Origin: Clostridia bacterium
GTDB lineage: Bacteria; Bacillota; Clostridia; Monoglobales; Monoglobaceae
NCBI GenBank assembly: GCA_045615805.1
Contig: JAZLFN010000020.1
Location: forward strand, 8,712-72,711
DNA: 64,000 bases
Direction of reading: 5' to 3'
Below are positions 18,963 through 29,058 of this stretch, in pieces. The position numbers and the translations under genes were made by a program. The notes under the pieces are model-generated. The model was not told the origin of the DNA and did not search any database. It saw nothing but the letters and a program-made list of their open reading frames with translations. Each line of letters opens with the position of its first letter. Positions within the stretch are counted from its first letter, which is position 1.

Positions 18963-19817
18963 ATGTACAAGAAAGTAAAGGGATATATCGGAGATTTTCT
19001 GCTGATTATAATCGGAGCATTTTTTATGGGGACGGCATTATCGGTATTTTTTGTGCCTTTTAAAATTACCTCCGGAGGCGTCGCCGGAATAGCTACGGTA
19101 ATACATTATATTTTTGATATAAGAGTAAGCTTGCTTATTGTTATAATAAATATACCCATATTTGTTTTGGGGTTTATATTTTTTAAAACAAGATTTCTTG
19201 TGCGTTCTCTTTTCGGAACGGTTATGCTTTCCGTTGCAACGGAGGTTATGACAAATTTCAGCATACCTGCAAATGATACATTGCTTGCCTGCCTGTTCGG
19301 CGGTGGGGCGATGGGTTTTGGAATTGCCCTTGTTTTAAAGGGCGGAGGTACAACGGGCGGAACGGATATAGCAGTTTTGATTATCAGAAAATTCAGACCG
19401 AATTTTACGGTGGGAAGGCTATTTTTAATAATTGACGGCGTAATTATCGTTCTTGCCGCTTTGGTGTTTAAAAATATCGAGGTGGTTATGTACTCAATTA
19501 TAGGCTTGCTTGTAACAAGCTATGTTTCGGACTTGTTTTTGGAGGGAATAAAATCTGCAAGGGTTGTATATATTTTTTCTCCAAAGACAGAAGAAATTAC
19601 CGAGGCTATATACAAGGTAATGAAACGCGGTGTCACGGCGGTAAGCTCTGTTTCAATGTACACGGGAAAAAACGGAAGGTTTTTGATTTGCGTAATACGA
19701 AAAAGAGAACTTTCCGGAATAAAGAAAATAATTAAAGAAGCGGACGAAAACGCCTTTGTTGTCATATCCGATGCAAAGGATGTTTTGGGAAACGGATTTG
19801 AAATAAAAACAGTTTAA
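18963..19817 (+). CDS. YitT family membrane protein (DUF2179 C-terminal domain)
   Basis: Five TM segments with GGTTGGTDI, and a soluble C-terminal domain. Start moved to ATG 18963. Confidence 0.8.
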   Translation: MYKKVKGYIGDFLLIIIGAFFMGTALSVFFVPFKITSGGVAGIATVIHYIFDIRVSLLIVIINIPIFVLGFIFFKTRFLVRSLFGTVMLSVATEVMTNFSIPANDTLLACLFGGGAMGFGIALVLKGGGTTGGTDIAVLIIRKFRPNFTVGRLFLIIDGVIIVLAALVFKNIEVVMYSIIGLLVTSYVSDLFLEGIKSARVVYIFSPKTEEITEAIYKVMKRGVTAVSSVSMYTGKNGRFLICVIRKRELSGIKKIIKEADENAFVVISDAKDVLGNGFEIKTV

Positions 19818-19839
19818 TATTTTTAAGGAGGTATATAAA

Positions 19840-20688
19840 ATGGATTCAAAAAAGATTAAAGAGCTTAAGCTTCACGCCGCAAATGTACGTAAAATGGCTC
19901 TTGAAGGTGTGTTCAGCGCAGGGGCGGGACATCCCGGCGGTTCTCTTTCTGCGGCAGATGTAATGACTTATCTTTTTATGGAGGAGTTAAACATTGACCC
20001 AAAAAACCCAAAAGATGCGGACAGGGACAGATTTGTCCTTTCAAAGGGACATTGTTCCCCTGCGTTATACGGAGCTTTGGCAGAACGCGGATTTATTCCC
20101 AAGGAGGACATAAAGACATTCAGGAATATAGACAGCTATCTTCAGGGACATCCTGATATGAAGCATACTCCGGGAGTTGATATGTCAACAGGCTCTTTGG
20201 GACAGGGAATAAGCGCGGCCTGCGGAATGGCAAAATGCGGAAAAATCGACGGTAAGAATTATCGTGTTTACGCCCTTTTGGGTGACGGAGAAAGCGAAGA
20301 AGGTCAGGTATGGGAGGCGGCGATGTTTGCGGCTCACTATAAGCTTGACAACCTTACTGTTTTTGTGGACTTTAACGGCTTGCAGATTGACGGAAAGGTT
20401 ACGGAGGTAATGAACCCAACGCCATTTGATAAAAAGTTTGAGGCTTTTGGATTTAATGTAATCACCATTAACGGCAATGATTTTGAGGAAATCGAAAATG
20501 CCGTGAAAGCCGCAAAAGAATGTAAAGGAAAGCCTACTGCCATAATTATGAATACCGTTAAGGGAAAAGGCGTATCATATATGGAAAATCAGGTTGGCTG
20601 GCACGGAAAGGCACCAAACAGGGAAGAATACGATATAGCAGTAAAAGAATTGAATGGGTACATAAAAGAGCTTGGAGGTGAGGCGTAA
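19840..20688 (+). CDS. Transketolase, N-terminal (TPP-binding) subunit
   Basis: Motifs GHPGGSLS and GDGESEEGQVWEA. Confidence 0.92.
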   Translation: MDSKKIKELKLHAANVRKMALEGVFSAGAGHPGGSLSAADVMTYLFMEELNIDPKNPKDADRDRFVLSKGHCSPALYGALAERGFIPKEDIKTFRNIDSYLQGHPDMKHTPGVDMSTGSLGQGISAACGMAKCGKIDGKNYRVYALLGDGESEEGQVWEAAMFAAHYKLDNLTVFVDFNGLQIDGKVTEVMNPTPFDKKFEAFGFNVITINGNDFEEIENAVKAAKECKGKPTAIIMNTVKGKGVSYMENQVGWHGKAPNREEYDIAVKELNGYIKELGGEA

Positions 20689-21635
20689 TGACATATAAAG
20701 CAGGAGAAAAGATTGCAACCCGTGAGGCATACGGAAACGCCTTGGCGGAATTTGGAAATAACGAAAATCTTGTTGTTCTTGATGCGGATTTATCGGGGGC
20801 AACAAAGACGGCTGGATTTAAAAAGGCTTATCCCGAAAGATTTATAAATTGCGGAATAGCAGAGGGAAATATGATGTCTGTTGCGGCAGGTATGGCTACC
20901 TGCGGAAAGATTGTTTTTGCAAGCTCATTTGCAATGTTTTCGGCAGGCAGAGCCTTTGAACAGGTGAGAAACTCTATAGGTTATCCTCATCTTAATGTTA
21001 AAATAGGTGCAACCCATGCAGGTCTTTCGGTCGGTGAGGATGGTGCAACACATCAATGTAATGAGGATATTGGACTTATGCGAACCATTCCCGGAATGGT
21101 AATAATCAATCCGGCAGACGGAGCGGAGGCAAGGCTTGCAGTTAAGGCGGCAATGGAGTATTACGGTCCTGTATATTTAAGATTCGGCAGACTTGCCCTT
21201 CCGATTATATTTGATGAAAGTTATAAATTTGAAATAGGAAAAGGTACATATCTGAAAAAAGGAAAGGATGTAACAATAATTTCTACGGGACTTATGACCT
21301 CCGAGGCATTAAAGGCGGAAGAGATATTAAAGAGCGAGGGAATATCCGCAAGCGTTATAAATATGGCAACCATCAAGCCTATAGACAAAGAAATAATTAT
21401 AAACGCCGCAAAGGAAACAGGTGCCATAGTTACAGCGGAGGAGCATAACATAATTGGCGGATTGGGTTCTGCGGTAGCCGAAGTCCTGTCGGAAAACTGT
21501 CCTGTTATTTTAAGAAGAGTGGGAGTAAATGATGCATTCGGAAGAAGCGGAAAAGCTACAGAAGTTCTTGAAAAGTACGGACTTGACGCAGTGAATGTCG
21601 TGAAAAAGGCAAAGGAAGCAATAAGCAGTAAGTAA
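20688..21635 (+). CDS. Transketolase, C-terminal (pyrimidine-binding) subunit
   Basis: Motif IAEGNMMSVAAG. ATG shares one base with the stop of the N-terminal subunit gene (TAATG). Confidence 0.92.
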   Translation: MTYKAGEKIATREAYGNALAEFGNNENLVVLDADLSGATKTAGFKKAYPERFINCGIAEGNMMSVAAGMATCGKIVFASSFAMFSAGRAFEQVRNSIGYPHLNVKIGATHAGLSVGEDGATHQCNEDIGLMRTIPGMVIINPADGAEARLAVKAAMEYYGPVYLRFGRLALPIIFDESYKFEIGKGTYLKKGKDVTIISTGLMTSEALKAEEILKSEGISASVINMATIKPIDKEIIINAAKETGAIVTAEEHNIIGGLGSAVAEVLSENCPVILRRVGVNDAFGRSGKATEVLEKYGLDAVNVVKKAKEAISSK

Positions 21636-21643
21636 ATAATAAC

Positions 21644-21680
21644 AAAAGACGCAAAGCATATTGGACTTTGCGTCTTTTTT
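21644..21680. terminator. Bidirectional Rho-independent terminator
   Basis: AAAAGACGCAAAG pairs with CTTTGCGTCTTTT (13-bp perfect stem), with a T-run. Confidence 0.85.
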
Positions 21681-22143
21681 ATTTTTCGTTTAAAAATACA
21701 TTTGCGGTAAGAGTGTCATCTTCGGAGAAAACCAAAAAGCCGTTGTCCATAAGCAGATTTGCACATATTCCCGTACCCGATATTTTGGTGTGACTGAAGC
21801 TTCCGTCATATATATGCTTGCAGCCGCAGGAGGGACTTCCGTCTTTGAGTATTGCAAATATTACATTGTTTTCCTTTGCGACTTTTAAGGCTTCTTCGGC
21901 ACCCTTTGTATATTCTTTTGTCACATCGTCTCCGTCTTTTGTAATAACCTTATCTCCTACGATTTCGGCAGGGCATCTGGGAATTTTCAAGCCTCCCGAA
22001 ACCTCTGGGCAGACAGGAATCAGCATTCCTCTGTTTTTCCATTCAAGAATTTTTTTGTCAAGGGACAGTCTGTGCTTTCCGTCATAGGCGGTGCATTGCC
22101 CGTAAAGACAGGCGGATATAAGTATTTTCCTTTTGTTATTCAT
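21679..22143 (-). CDS. DUF523 (YbbK/TudS-like) protein
   Basis: N-terminal ISACLYGQCTAYDG Cys motif typical of DUF523. Confidence 0.75.
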   Translation of the reverse strand: MNNKRKILISACLYGQCTAYDGKHRLSLDKKILEWKNRGMLIPVCPEVSGGLKIPRCPAEIVGDKVITKDGDDVTKEYTKGAEEALKVAKENNVIFAILKDGSPSCGCKHIYDGSFSHTKISGTGICANLLMDNGFLVFSEDDTLTANVFLNEK

Positions 22144-23044
22144 TGCTTTTCCTCCTTTTAAAAAGTCTGTCGGGAAGCTGAATGATTATTATTGATATAA
22201 ACATTATAAGGCAGCCGATTACTTCTCTCAATGTGGGTATGCTTCCCAGTATTATCATTCCGAAAATCAGAGCAAATACCGATTCAAGGCTCATAATTAT
22301 GGAAGCGGTTGTAGGCTCTGCGTACTTTTGACCGACAGGTTGGAGGGTGTAGCCTATTCCGCAGGCAAAAAATCCCGAATAGAGTATGGGAACGGCACAG
22401 CTTTTTACTACATCAAATGCAGGCTTTTCCAAAATAAATGCAAAGATGATATTGATTATTCCGCATACAAAAAATTGCAGGCAGGAAAATTTAAGGGGAT
22501 CAAAGTCTTGGATATATTTGTCGATTACTATTATATGTAAAGAAAAGAGTAACGCACATACAAGGGTAAGAATATCTCCGAAGTTTACCGATGCATCCGA
22601 TGAGGTTATGCACAAAAGATACATTCCGAAAAGAGCAAGCAAGGCGCATAAAACCGTTCGCACCGTTATTTTTTTACCCATAAAAATACTGATTAAGGGA
22701 ACAAATATTATGTACATAGCAGTAATAAATCCTGATTTTCCCGGAGTTGTATAGGCAAGTCCCCATGTTTGAATTGTGCTTGCGGCACATAAAATAATTC
22801 CGCAGACAACACTGCTTATTAAAAGCAGTTTGTTATTTCCGTTTTCTGATTTAAAGGGCTTGCCTTTTGTTTGGATAAGTATAACAGGCACGAGAATAAG
22901 AGAACCTATAAGCATACGGATTCCGTTAAAGGTGTTTGCGCCTATATGCTTCATTCCTTCACTTTGGGCAACAAAACCCGACCCCCATATAATTGCCGTA
23001 AGAATCAGAATTAAACTTCCTTTTAACCTTTGTTTTTCTTGCAT
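22136..23044 (-). CDS. DMT superfamily (EamA) transporter
   Basis: About 10 TM helices in two EamA-like halves. Overlaps the downstream DUF523 gene by 8 nt. Confidence 0.8.
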   Translation of the reverse strand: MQEKQRLKGSLILILTAIIWGSGFVAQSEGMKHIGANTFNGIRMLIGSLILVPVILIQTKGKPFKSENGNNKLLLISSVVCGIILCAASTIQTWGLAYTTPGKSGFITAMYIIFVPLISIFMGKKITVRTVLCALLALFGMYLLCITSSDASVNFGDILTLVCALLFSLHIIVIDKYIQDFDPLKFSCLQFFVCGIINIIFAFILEKPAFDVVKSCAVPILYSGFFACGIGYTLQPVGQKYAEPTTASIIMSLESVFALIFGMIILGSIPTLREVIGCLIMFISIIIIQLPDRLFKRRKSNE

Positions 23045-23143
23045 AAAGTCACCAAGCCTTTCTGTAATACACTATATTATACAGTTTATTGTACATAAAA
23101 ACAAGCTTTACTGACAAATTATCATAAAAAATTATTTTTTTGC

Positions 23144-23172
23144 TTGACAAAAGGCAGGTGATAGGGTATAAT
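23144..23172 (+). promoter_or_regulatory. Consensus sigmaA promoter of the ylxM-ffh operon
   Basis: TTGACA (23144-23149), 17-nt spacer, TATAAT (23167-23172). Confidence 0.8.
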
Positions 23173-23222
23173 CTTACTGTAAAGCGAAAATGCTTTACAG
23201 ATATCCTTCGGAAGGTGAGAAA

Positions 23223-23591
23223 ATGGATAAGAAAGCTGAAATGGGTTTGCTTTTTTCATTTTACAGAAATATGCTTACGGACAGGCAGATTGAGTGCGTG
23301 GACCTGTATTGCAATGAGGATTTATCCCTTTCGGAGATAAGCGAGCATTTAAAGATTACCCGTCAAGGGGTTCGGGATAATATTAAAAGAGCGGAAAACT
23401 TTATGATTGACACAGAAGCAAAGCTTGGGCTTGCGGCGAAGTTTTTGGAAATTCAGAAAAAGCTTGATAACATAGATGAAATTATAAGGGATATTGAGCA
23501 GTCGCCCAATATCAGGTTTTTGTCGGACGATATTAAACATAAAATTAACGATATATTGATGATCTTAGGCGACATAAACGAATCGGAATAG
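23223..23591 (+). CDS. ylxM: YlxM (UPF0122) putative DNA-binding protein
   Basis: HTH segment LTDRQIECVDLYCNEDLSLSEISEHLKITRQGVRDNIKRAE. Lies upstream of ffh. Confidence 0.88.
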   Translation: MDKKAEMGLLFSFYRNMLTDRQIECVDLYCNEDLSLSEISEHLKITRQGVRDNIKRAENFMIDTEAKLGLAAKFLEIQKKLDNIDEIIRDIEQSPNIRFLSDDIKHKINDILMILGDINESE

Positions 23592-23612
23592 CAAATTGAA
23601 AGGAGAACCTGT

Positions 23613-24971
23613 ATGGCGTTTGAAAGTCTTTCGGATAAGCTTCAGAATACCTTTAAAAAGCTTAGGGGAAAAGGTAAGGTCAGCGAAAAGGATTTAAAGG
23701 ACGCAATGAGAGAAGTTAAGCTTGCGTTGCTTGAAGCTGATGTAAACTACAAGGTTGTAAAGGATTTTGTTAAACAGATTACCGAGCGTGCCTCCGGCGC
23801 AGAGGTTATGGAATCTTTGACACCGGCACAGCAGGTTATTAAAATAGTTAATGAAGAGCTTGTGGCTTTAATGGGCGGTGGTGACGCAAAGCTTGAAATA
23901 GCATCAAAACCGCCTACGGTTATAATGATGGCAGGACTTCAGGGCGCAGGTAAAACCACTACCGCCGCAAAGCTTGGAGGAATACTTAAAAAGCAAGGAA
24001 AAAGACCATTGCTTTGTGCCTGTGATGTATACAGACCTGCGGCAGTTAAACAGCTTCAGGTTGTGGGCGGTAAGCTTGAGCTTCCCGTTTATGCCGAGGA
24101 GGGCAACAGGGATGCTGTCGGTATTGCCAAAAACGGTCTTAAGGAGGCTATAAGAAACGCAAACGATATATTGATTATCGATACAGCCGGCAGACTTCAT
24201 ATTGATGAAGAGCTTATGGATGAGTTAAAGCGTATTTCCGCAGAGGTTTCACCTACCGAGATTTTGCTTGTGGTTGACGCCATGACCGGTCAGGATGCCG
24301 TAAATGTTGCGGATGCATTTAATAAAGAGCTTGAAATCAGCGGTGTTGTTCTCACAAAGCTTGACGGTGATACAAGAGGCGGTGCCGCACTTTCGGTCAG
24401 AGCAGTTACACAAAAACCCATTAAGTATTGCGGTATGGGCGAAAAGCTTACCGACCTTGAGGTGTTCCACCCCGACAGAATGGCATCAAGAATACTCGGT
24501 ATGGGAGATATGCTGACCCTTATAGAAAAGGCGGAGCAGGCACTTGATATGAAAAAGGCGGAGGAGCTTGAAAAGAAGCTTCGCTCCCAAAGATTTACCT
24601 TTACGGATTTTCTTGACCAAATGGGACAGATGAAGAATATGGGTTCAATGCAGGATATTTTGTCAATGATGCCCGGGGTAAATTCAAGTGCTCTTAAGAA
24701 TATTGACATAGACGAAAAGCATTTGGGACATATTGAGGCTATTATTAAATCAATGACACCGAGGGAGCGGGATTTGGCAGACAAACTTACACCCTCAAGA
24801 AAAGAAAGAATTGCCAAAGGAAGCGGAAGATCGCTTGCCGATGTCAATGCCTTGGTAAAGCAGTTTGAACAAACCCAAAAGATGATGAAGCAGCTGTCGG
24901 GCGGCTTCGGGGGTAAAAAAGGAAAACGCCGTTCCGGACTATTCGGAAAGCTTGGCGGTTTCAATTTCTGA
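23613..24971 (+). CDS. ffh: Signal recognition particle protein Ffh
   Basis: GTPase motifs GLQGAGKTTT, DTAGR and TKLDGD. Met-rich M domain. Confidence 0.96.
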   Translation: MAFESLSDKLQNTFKKLRGKGKVSEKDLKDAMREVKLALLEADVNYKVVKDFVKQITERASGAEVMESLTPAQQVIKIVNEELVALMGGGDAKLEIASKPPTVIMMAGLQGAGKTTTAAKLGGILKKQGKRPLLCACDVYRPAAVKQLQVVGGKLELPVYAEEGNRDAVGIAKNGLKEAIRNANDILIIDTAGRLHIDEELMDELKRISAEVSPTEILLVVDAMTGQDAVNVADAFNKELEISGVVLTKLDGDTRGGAALSVRAVTQKPIKYCGMGEKLTDLEVFHPDRMASRILGMGDMLTLIEKAEQALDMKKAEELEKKLRSQRFTFTDFLDQMGQMKNMGSMQDILSMMPGVNSSALKNIDIDEKHLGHIEAIIKSMTPRERDLADKLTPSRKERIAKGSGRSLADVNALVKQFEQTQKMMKQLSGGFGGKKGKRRSGLFGKLGGFNF

Positions 24972-25019
24972 TTTTGAAAAAATAATTAAAATTTATATAT
25001 TTTTTGGAGGTAATTTATT

Positions 25020-25262
25020 ATGGCAGTAAAAATTCGTTTAAAGAGAATGGGTGCAAAGAGGGCGCCATTTTATCGTGTGGTAGTTGCAGATTCAAGATCT
25101 CCCCGTGACGGAAGATTTATTGAACAGGTTGGAACATACAACCCCATGACAGACCCTGCAACCTGTGAATTCGACGCAGAAAAGGTTAAGACATGGATTG
25201 GCAACGGAGCTCAGCCCACTGATACTGTTAAGCGTTTGCTTAAAGAAAAGGGAGTTCTTTGA
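25020..25262 (+). CDS. rpsP: 30S ribosomal protein S16
   Basis: N-terminus [26 protein letters not shown]. Confidence 0.96.
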   Translation: MAVKIRLKRMGAKRAPFYRVVVADSRSPRDGRFIEQVGTYNPMTDPATCEFDAEKVKTWIGNGAQPTDTVKRLLKEKGVL

Positions 25263-25285
25263 TTTTTTCGAAAGGATGACAAAAG

Positions 25286-25513
25286 ATGAAAGAATTATTG
25301 GAATTTATTGCAAAGTCATTGGTCTCAAACCCCGATGCTGTTGAAATCGAAGTTGTTGAAAGAGAGGACGCTACCGTTTTAAAGCTTCATGTTGCTGAAG
25401 AAGATATGGGTAAGGTTATCGGTAAGCAAGGCAGAATTTCAAGAGCTATACGTGTTGTGATGAGAGCTGCGGCAAGCAATGAAAATATGAAAATATTGGT
25501 TGACATCGTGTAA
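25286..25513 (+). CDS. KH domain RNA-binding protein (YlqC-like)
   Basis: GxxG loop VIGKQGRISRAIR. Conserved position between rpsP and rimM. Confidence 0.88.
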   Translation: MKELLEFIAKSLVSNPDAVEIEVVEREDATVLKLHVAEEDMGKVIGKQGRISRAIRVVMRAAASNENMKILVDIV

Positions 25514-25524
25514 AGGTGCTTTAT

Positions 25525-26034
25525 ATGGAAAAACAAATTCTTGAAATCGGTAAGGTTGTTAATACCCACGGAATAAGGGGCGAAATTAAAATTCAACCTT
25601 GGTGTGATGACCCCCTGATGTTTAACGAGCTTGAATATATTTTCATCGGAGATGAAAAATATAAGCTTTCTCGTGTCAGACTTCACAAAAGTTGTCTGAT
25701 TGTTTTGCTTGACGGCATAAACGATATAAATGTTGCCGAAAAACTTAAAAATAAGACGGTGACCGTTAATCGCTCGGATTTGGGAGTGCTTCCCGAGGGA
25801 ACCTATTACATTGCCGATATAATCGGTTTAAAGGTGATAGATGAAAAGGACTCCGAAATAGGAGTGATATCCGATGTTATAAGCACCGGCAGTAACGATG
25901 TATATCAGGTAAGCCGTGAGAACAAGAAGGATGTGCTTATCCCCGTAATTGAGGATGTAGTTAATGAAGTGAACATTGACGGCGGTTATGTTTCCGTAAC
26001 CCTTATGAAGGGATTGATGGATGATGAGGTTTGA
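25525..26034 (+). CDS. rimM: 16S rRNA processing protein RimM
   Basis: Motif IGKVVNTHGIRGEIKI and a PRC barrel C-terminus. ATG 25525 lies 6 nt after AAAGGTG. Confidence 0.9.
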   Translation: MEKQILEIGKVVNTHGIRGEIKIQPWCDDPLMFNELEYIFIGDEKYKLSRVRLHKSCLIVLLDGINDINVAEKLKNKTVTVNRSDLGVLPEGTYYIADIIGLKVIDEKDSEIGVISDVISTGSNDVYQVSRENKKDVLIPVIEDVVNEVNIDGGYVSVTLMKGLMDDEV

Positions 26035-26764
26035 TATACTGACTCTGTTTCCCGAGATGATGGAGGCCGTTTTGGGCGAAAGCATTATCGGGAGAGCGAG
26101 AAAAAACGGTCTTATCACAGTAAACTGTATTCAAATCCGTGATTTTGCAAACAATAAGCACAGAAGTGTTGACGATTATCCATATGGCGGCGGCTTTGGT
26201 ATGGTTATGCAACCTCAGCCCATATTTGATGCTTATCAAAGTATTGTAAAGGGGCTTGACTATAAGCCGTATACGGTGTATTTGTCACCTCAGGGAAAAA
26301 CCTTCAGGCAAGGAACAGCTAAAAAGCTTTCAAAGTATGAGCATATTGTTTTGTTGTGCGGTCATTATGAAGGTGTTGACCAGAGGGTACTTGATGAAAT
26401 CGTTGATGCGGAAATCTCAATAGGCGATTATGTCTTAACCGGCGGAGAAATTGCCGCAATGGCGGTTGTGGATTCGGTCGCAAGACTTGTTCCGGGCGTG
26501 CTTAAAAGCGAAGAATCGTTTTCCGAAGAATCCCATTACAACGGTCTTTTGGAGTATCCGCAATATACAAGACCGGAGGAATGGATGGGGAAAAGAGTTC
26601 CCGATATCTTACTTAGCGGACATCATAAAAATATTTGTGAGTGGAAAAGGAAAGCGTCTATTTATACAACCTTTAAAAAACGCAGAGGGATGCTCTTGAA
26701 GGCGAAGCTTACGGAGAAAGAAAAAGAATTTGTTAAGGATTTAAAATCCGAGAATATTGAGTAA
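26021..26764 (+). CDS. trmD: tRNA (guanine37-N1)-methyltransferase
   Basis: Motifs FDILTLFPEM and LTGGEIAAMAVVDSVARL. Confidence 0.95.
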   Translation: MMRFDILTLFPEMMEAVLGESIIGRARKNGLITVNCIQIRDFANNKHRSVDDYPYGGGFGMVMQPQPIFDAYQSIVKGLDYKPYTVYLSPQGKTFRQGTAKKLSKYEHIVLLCGHYEGVDQRVLDEIVDAEISIGDYVLTGGEIAAMAVVDSVARLVPGVLKSEESFSEESHYNGLLEYPQYTRPEEWMGKRVPDILLSGHHKNICEWKRKASIYTTFKKRRGMLLKAKLTEKEKEFVKDLKSENIE

Positions 26765-26820
26765 AAGATATAACGAAATTTTGATAAAAATAAGCTTAAA
26801 GCTTATAGAAAGGCGTGAGA

Positions 26821-29055
26821 ATGATGAAATGTCCAAAATGCGGTATAAACTTATTGGAACACATTGATGTGTGCCCGTTCTGCAAAACTGCTATTTCAAA
26901 GGGAAATGTTGCAGAAGAAACCCCGGACGCAAAACAGGAAGTGCCTTCGAAGCCTAAAACAGGCAGATATGCTGATATTGATACATCAAAGGATAGTTAT
27001 GATTTTGATTTGCAATACACCCTTACATTCAGAGATTCCGGCGAGATAAAGAAGGCAATAGCTGATATGGACGCAGGTATTACCCGTGAACCGACCCCGA
27101 AAAGGAGTAGTTCTTTGGGAAAATCCGGCGAGTCGAGATATACATATGAAGAAATGCAGGCTGCCGCTCTTCGTGCTCAGGAGAGAAGGGAGCGTAGAAA
27201 GAACGGCGGAAGCTCAAATGAAGGCGGTAAAAAACGAGTTACACGTACAGAGAAACGCAAAAGCGATGCTCTCAGAGCCGCAAAACCCACAAAGTCATAT
27301 TCGGAGCATAAGGAAAAGCGTGCAACGGGCAAGTCCCACAGAGGATTGCTTATCGGAGGAGGAGTGCTTGCAGTTGTTGTTGCTTTGATTATACTCATAG
27401 TTAATATTTGCTCTTTCTTTGCGAATAAATCACCCGAGTATCCCACTTTGTATACAAAGGGAAATGAGCTTTATATTTACTTTGACGGAGATGAGAATCA
27501 AATCAGCTCAAACTTTATAACAACAGCGTATGACCCGGCGGCGAATAAGGAAAAATCGGTTAAAAATGCCGATGACGATGACGATGATGAAGAAATGTCA
27601 TCTGTTTCCAAGAAGACATCGTTGGCAGATCCGAAAATAAAAGAGGCAAAGGTACCGATTGAAAAAGACCTTATTAAAATTTCCGATGACGGTACGAAAA
27701 TTTTCTTCTTGGAAAATGCAAATATGAACACCAAATCCGGTAACCTTGTATATTATGAGCCGGGAAAGAAGAAGAGCCGTACGGTTCTTTCTCAGAATGT
27801 TTATTATGATATTGCAATAGGCAAGGACGGAAAATCCATATTATATATTAAAAATGCGGACAAGGACGGAGCTCACGGTGAGCTTTGCTATTGGACGCCC
27901 GAGGCAAATGCGGAAATATCAATTGATAAGGACATCACAACCGGAAACTTCATGCTTTCTCAGGATTGCCAGAGCCTTACCTATATAAAGAACTTTAATC
28001 CTACTGTTCATACAGGTGATCTTTATTTCACAAGCATTATAAACGGAAATATTGCTCCTAAGCATGTTGATGAAAAGGTTGCGTTTGTATTTGGTACAAC
28101 ACCTAAGAGCAAGATATTCTTTTATGCAAAGAATTATGATTTAAAGACCGGCTCATATGACTTATATATTCAAAGCGATACAGAGGGTCCCAAGTCTGTT
28201 GCGGAAAAGGGCTTTTCTGCTCCTGTGATTATGAAGCAGACCGAAATGGCATATGTTTACAGTAATTATGACAGTAAAAAATATCAGACATTAAATTGCG
28301 TTGATTTCACAACGGGGGCAAACACAAAGCTTACGGATGAATCAACGGATATAGTAAAAGTCAGAAATGATGAAGGGGCTGTTATATATTCAAAGCAGTA
28401 TGAAACCGCGAAGGCTGATTATTACTTTGTAAGTGCTAAATCCCCCAACCCTCAAAAGGTTGCAACCGCAATAAATACGGCAGCAGTTGAGAAGGGCGTA
28501 GTTTCATTTGATGCAAGCGACGATTTTTCAAAGGTTGCATATGTAGGCGGATTTGATATGGCAACAAATAAGGGTGCACTTTATACACTCGCTGTAATAA
28601 ATGACTATGCAGGTTCTGAAATGAGAATATCCGATGACGCATATTCGTGTGATGTATCGGCAGACGGTGCTGTTGTAAGATTTGCTTCGGGATATAATGT
28701 TGAAAATAACACGGTAAATCTTGTGTCCTATGCAAATTCCAACACCCTTGCTCTCTCCGACGGAGTGGGACTTGGAGCATATACATTTGATAAAACAGGT
28801 GAATATGCTATATATGCCAAAGATGTTGATGTAGGAAAGCAAAGCGGAAAGATTGAGTCTGTTTCAAAAAAGGCGAAAATAAAGCTTTTGGATGAGGATG
28901 TTTCGGCTTATGGTCTTAAAAAGGACGGAACAGTGCTTCTGCTTAAGAAAGTGGGAGAGGGAGAAGGTCAGACAACATCTTTGTATAAGACCAAGATAAG
29001 CGGAGGCTCGCCGAAGGTGTTTACAGAAGGCGTAACCAAGGTTTTATATTATTAA
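26821..29055 (+). CDS. Zinc-ribbon / single-TM protein with a large extracytoplasmic repeat (beta-propeller-like) domain
   Basis: MKCPKCG...CPFCKT ribbon, K/R/E-rich linker, TM GLLIGGGVLAVVVALIILIV, poly-Asp run, and recurring DG(K/T)xI(L/F)(Y/F) segments. Confidence 0.6.
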   Translation: MMKCPKCGINLLEHIDVCPFCKTAISKGNVAEETPDAKQEVPSKPKTGRYADIDTSKDSYDFDLQYTLTFRDSGEIKKAIADMDAGITREPTPKRSSSLGKSGESRYTYEEMQAAALRAQERRERRKNGGSSNEGGKKRVTRTEKRKSDALRAAKPTKSYSEHKEKRATGKSHRGLLIGGGVLAVVVALIILIVNICSFFANKSPEYPTLYTKGNELYIYFDGDENQISSNFITTAYDPAANKEKSVKNADDDDDDEEMSSVSKKTSLADPKIKEAKVPIEKDLIKISDDGTKIFFLENANMNTKSGNLVYYEPGKKKSRTVLSQNVYYDIAIGKDGKSILYIKNADKDGAHGELCYWTPEANAEISIDKDITTGNFMLSQDCQSLTYIKNFNPTVHTGDLYFTSIINGNIAPKHVDEKVAFVFGTTPKSKIFFYAKNYDLKTGSYDLYIQSDTEGPKSVAEKGFSAPVIMKQTEMAYVYSNYDSKKYQTLNCVDFTTGANTKLTDESTDIVKVRNDEGAVIYSKQYETAKADYYFVSAKSPNPQKVATAINTAAVEKGVVSFDASDDFSKVAYVGGFDMATNKGALYTLAVINDYAGSEMRISDDAYSCDVSADGAVVRFASGYNVENNTVNLVSYANSNTLALSDGVGLGAYTFDKTGEYAIYAKDVDVGKQSGKIESVSKKAKIKLLDEDVSAYGLKKDGTVLLLKKVGEGEGQTTSLYKTKISGGSPKVFTEGVTKVLYY

Positions 29056-29058
29056 ATT

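Noticed and set aside
24290-24964. Long antisense ORFs inside well-supported genes (224 aa opposite ffh; also 46182-46997 opposite GH38/ROK, 52312-52920 opposite GH32/cca, 57050-57577 opposite the PP2C gene, 32632-33057 opposite leuS)
   Set aside because: Each is antisense to a gene with unmistakable family motifs. They have low-complexity S/F/I/L-rich composition, no RBS and no recognisable domains. These are typical shadow ORFs.
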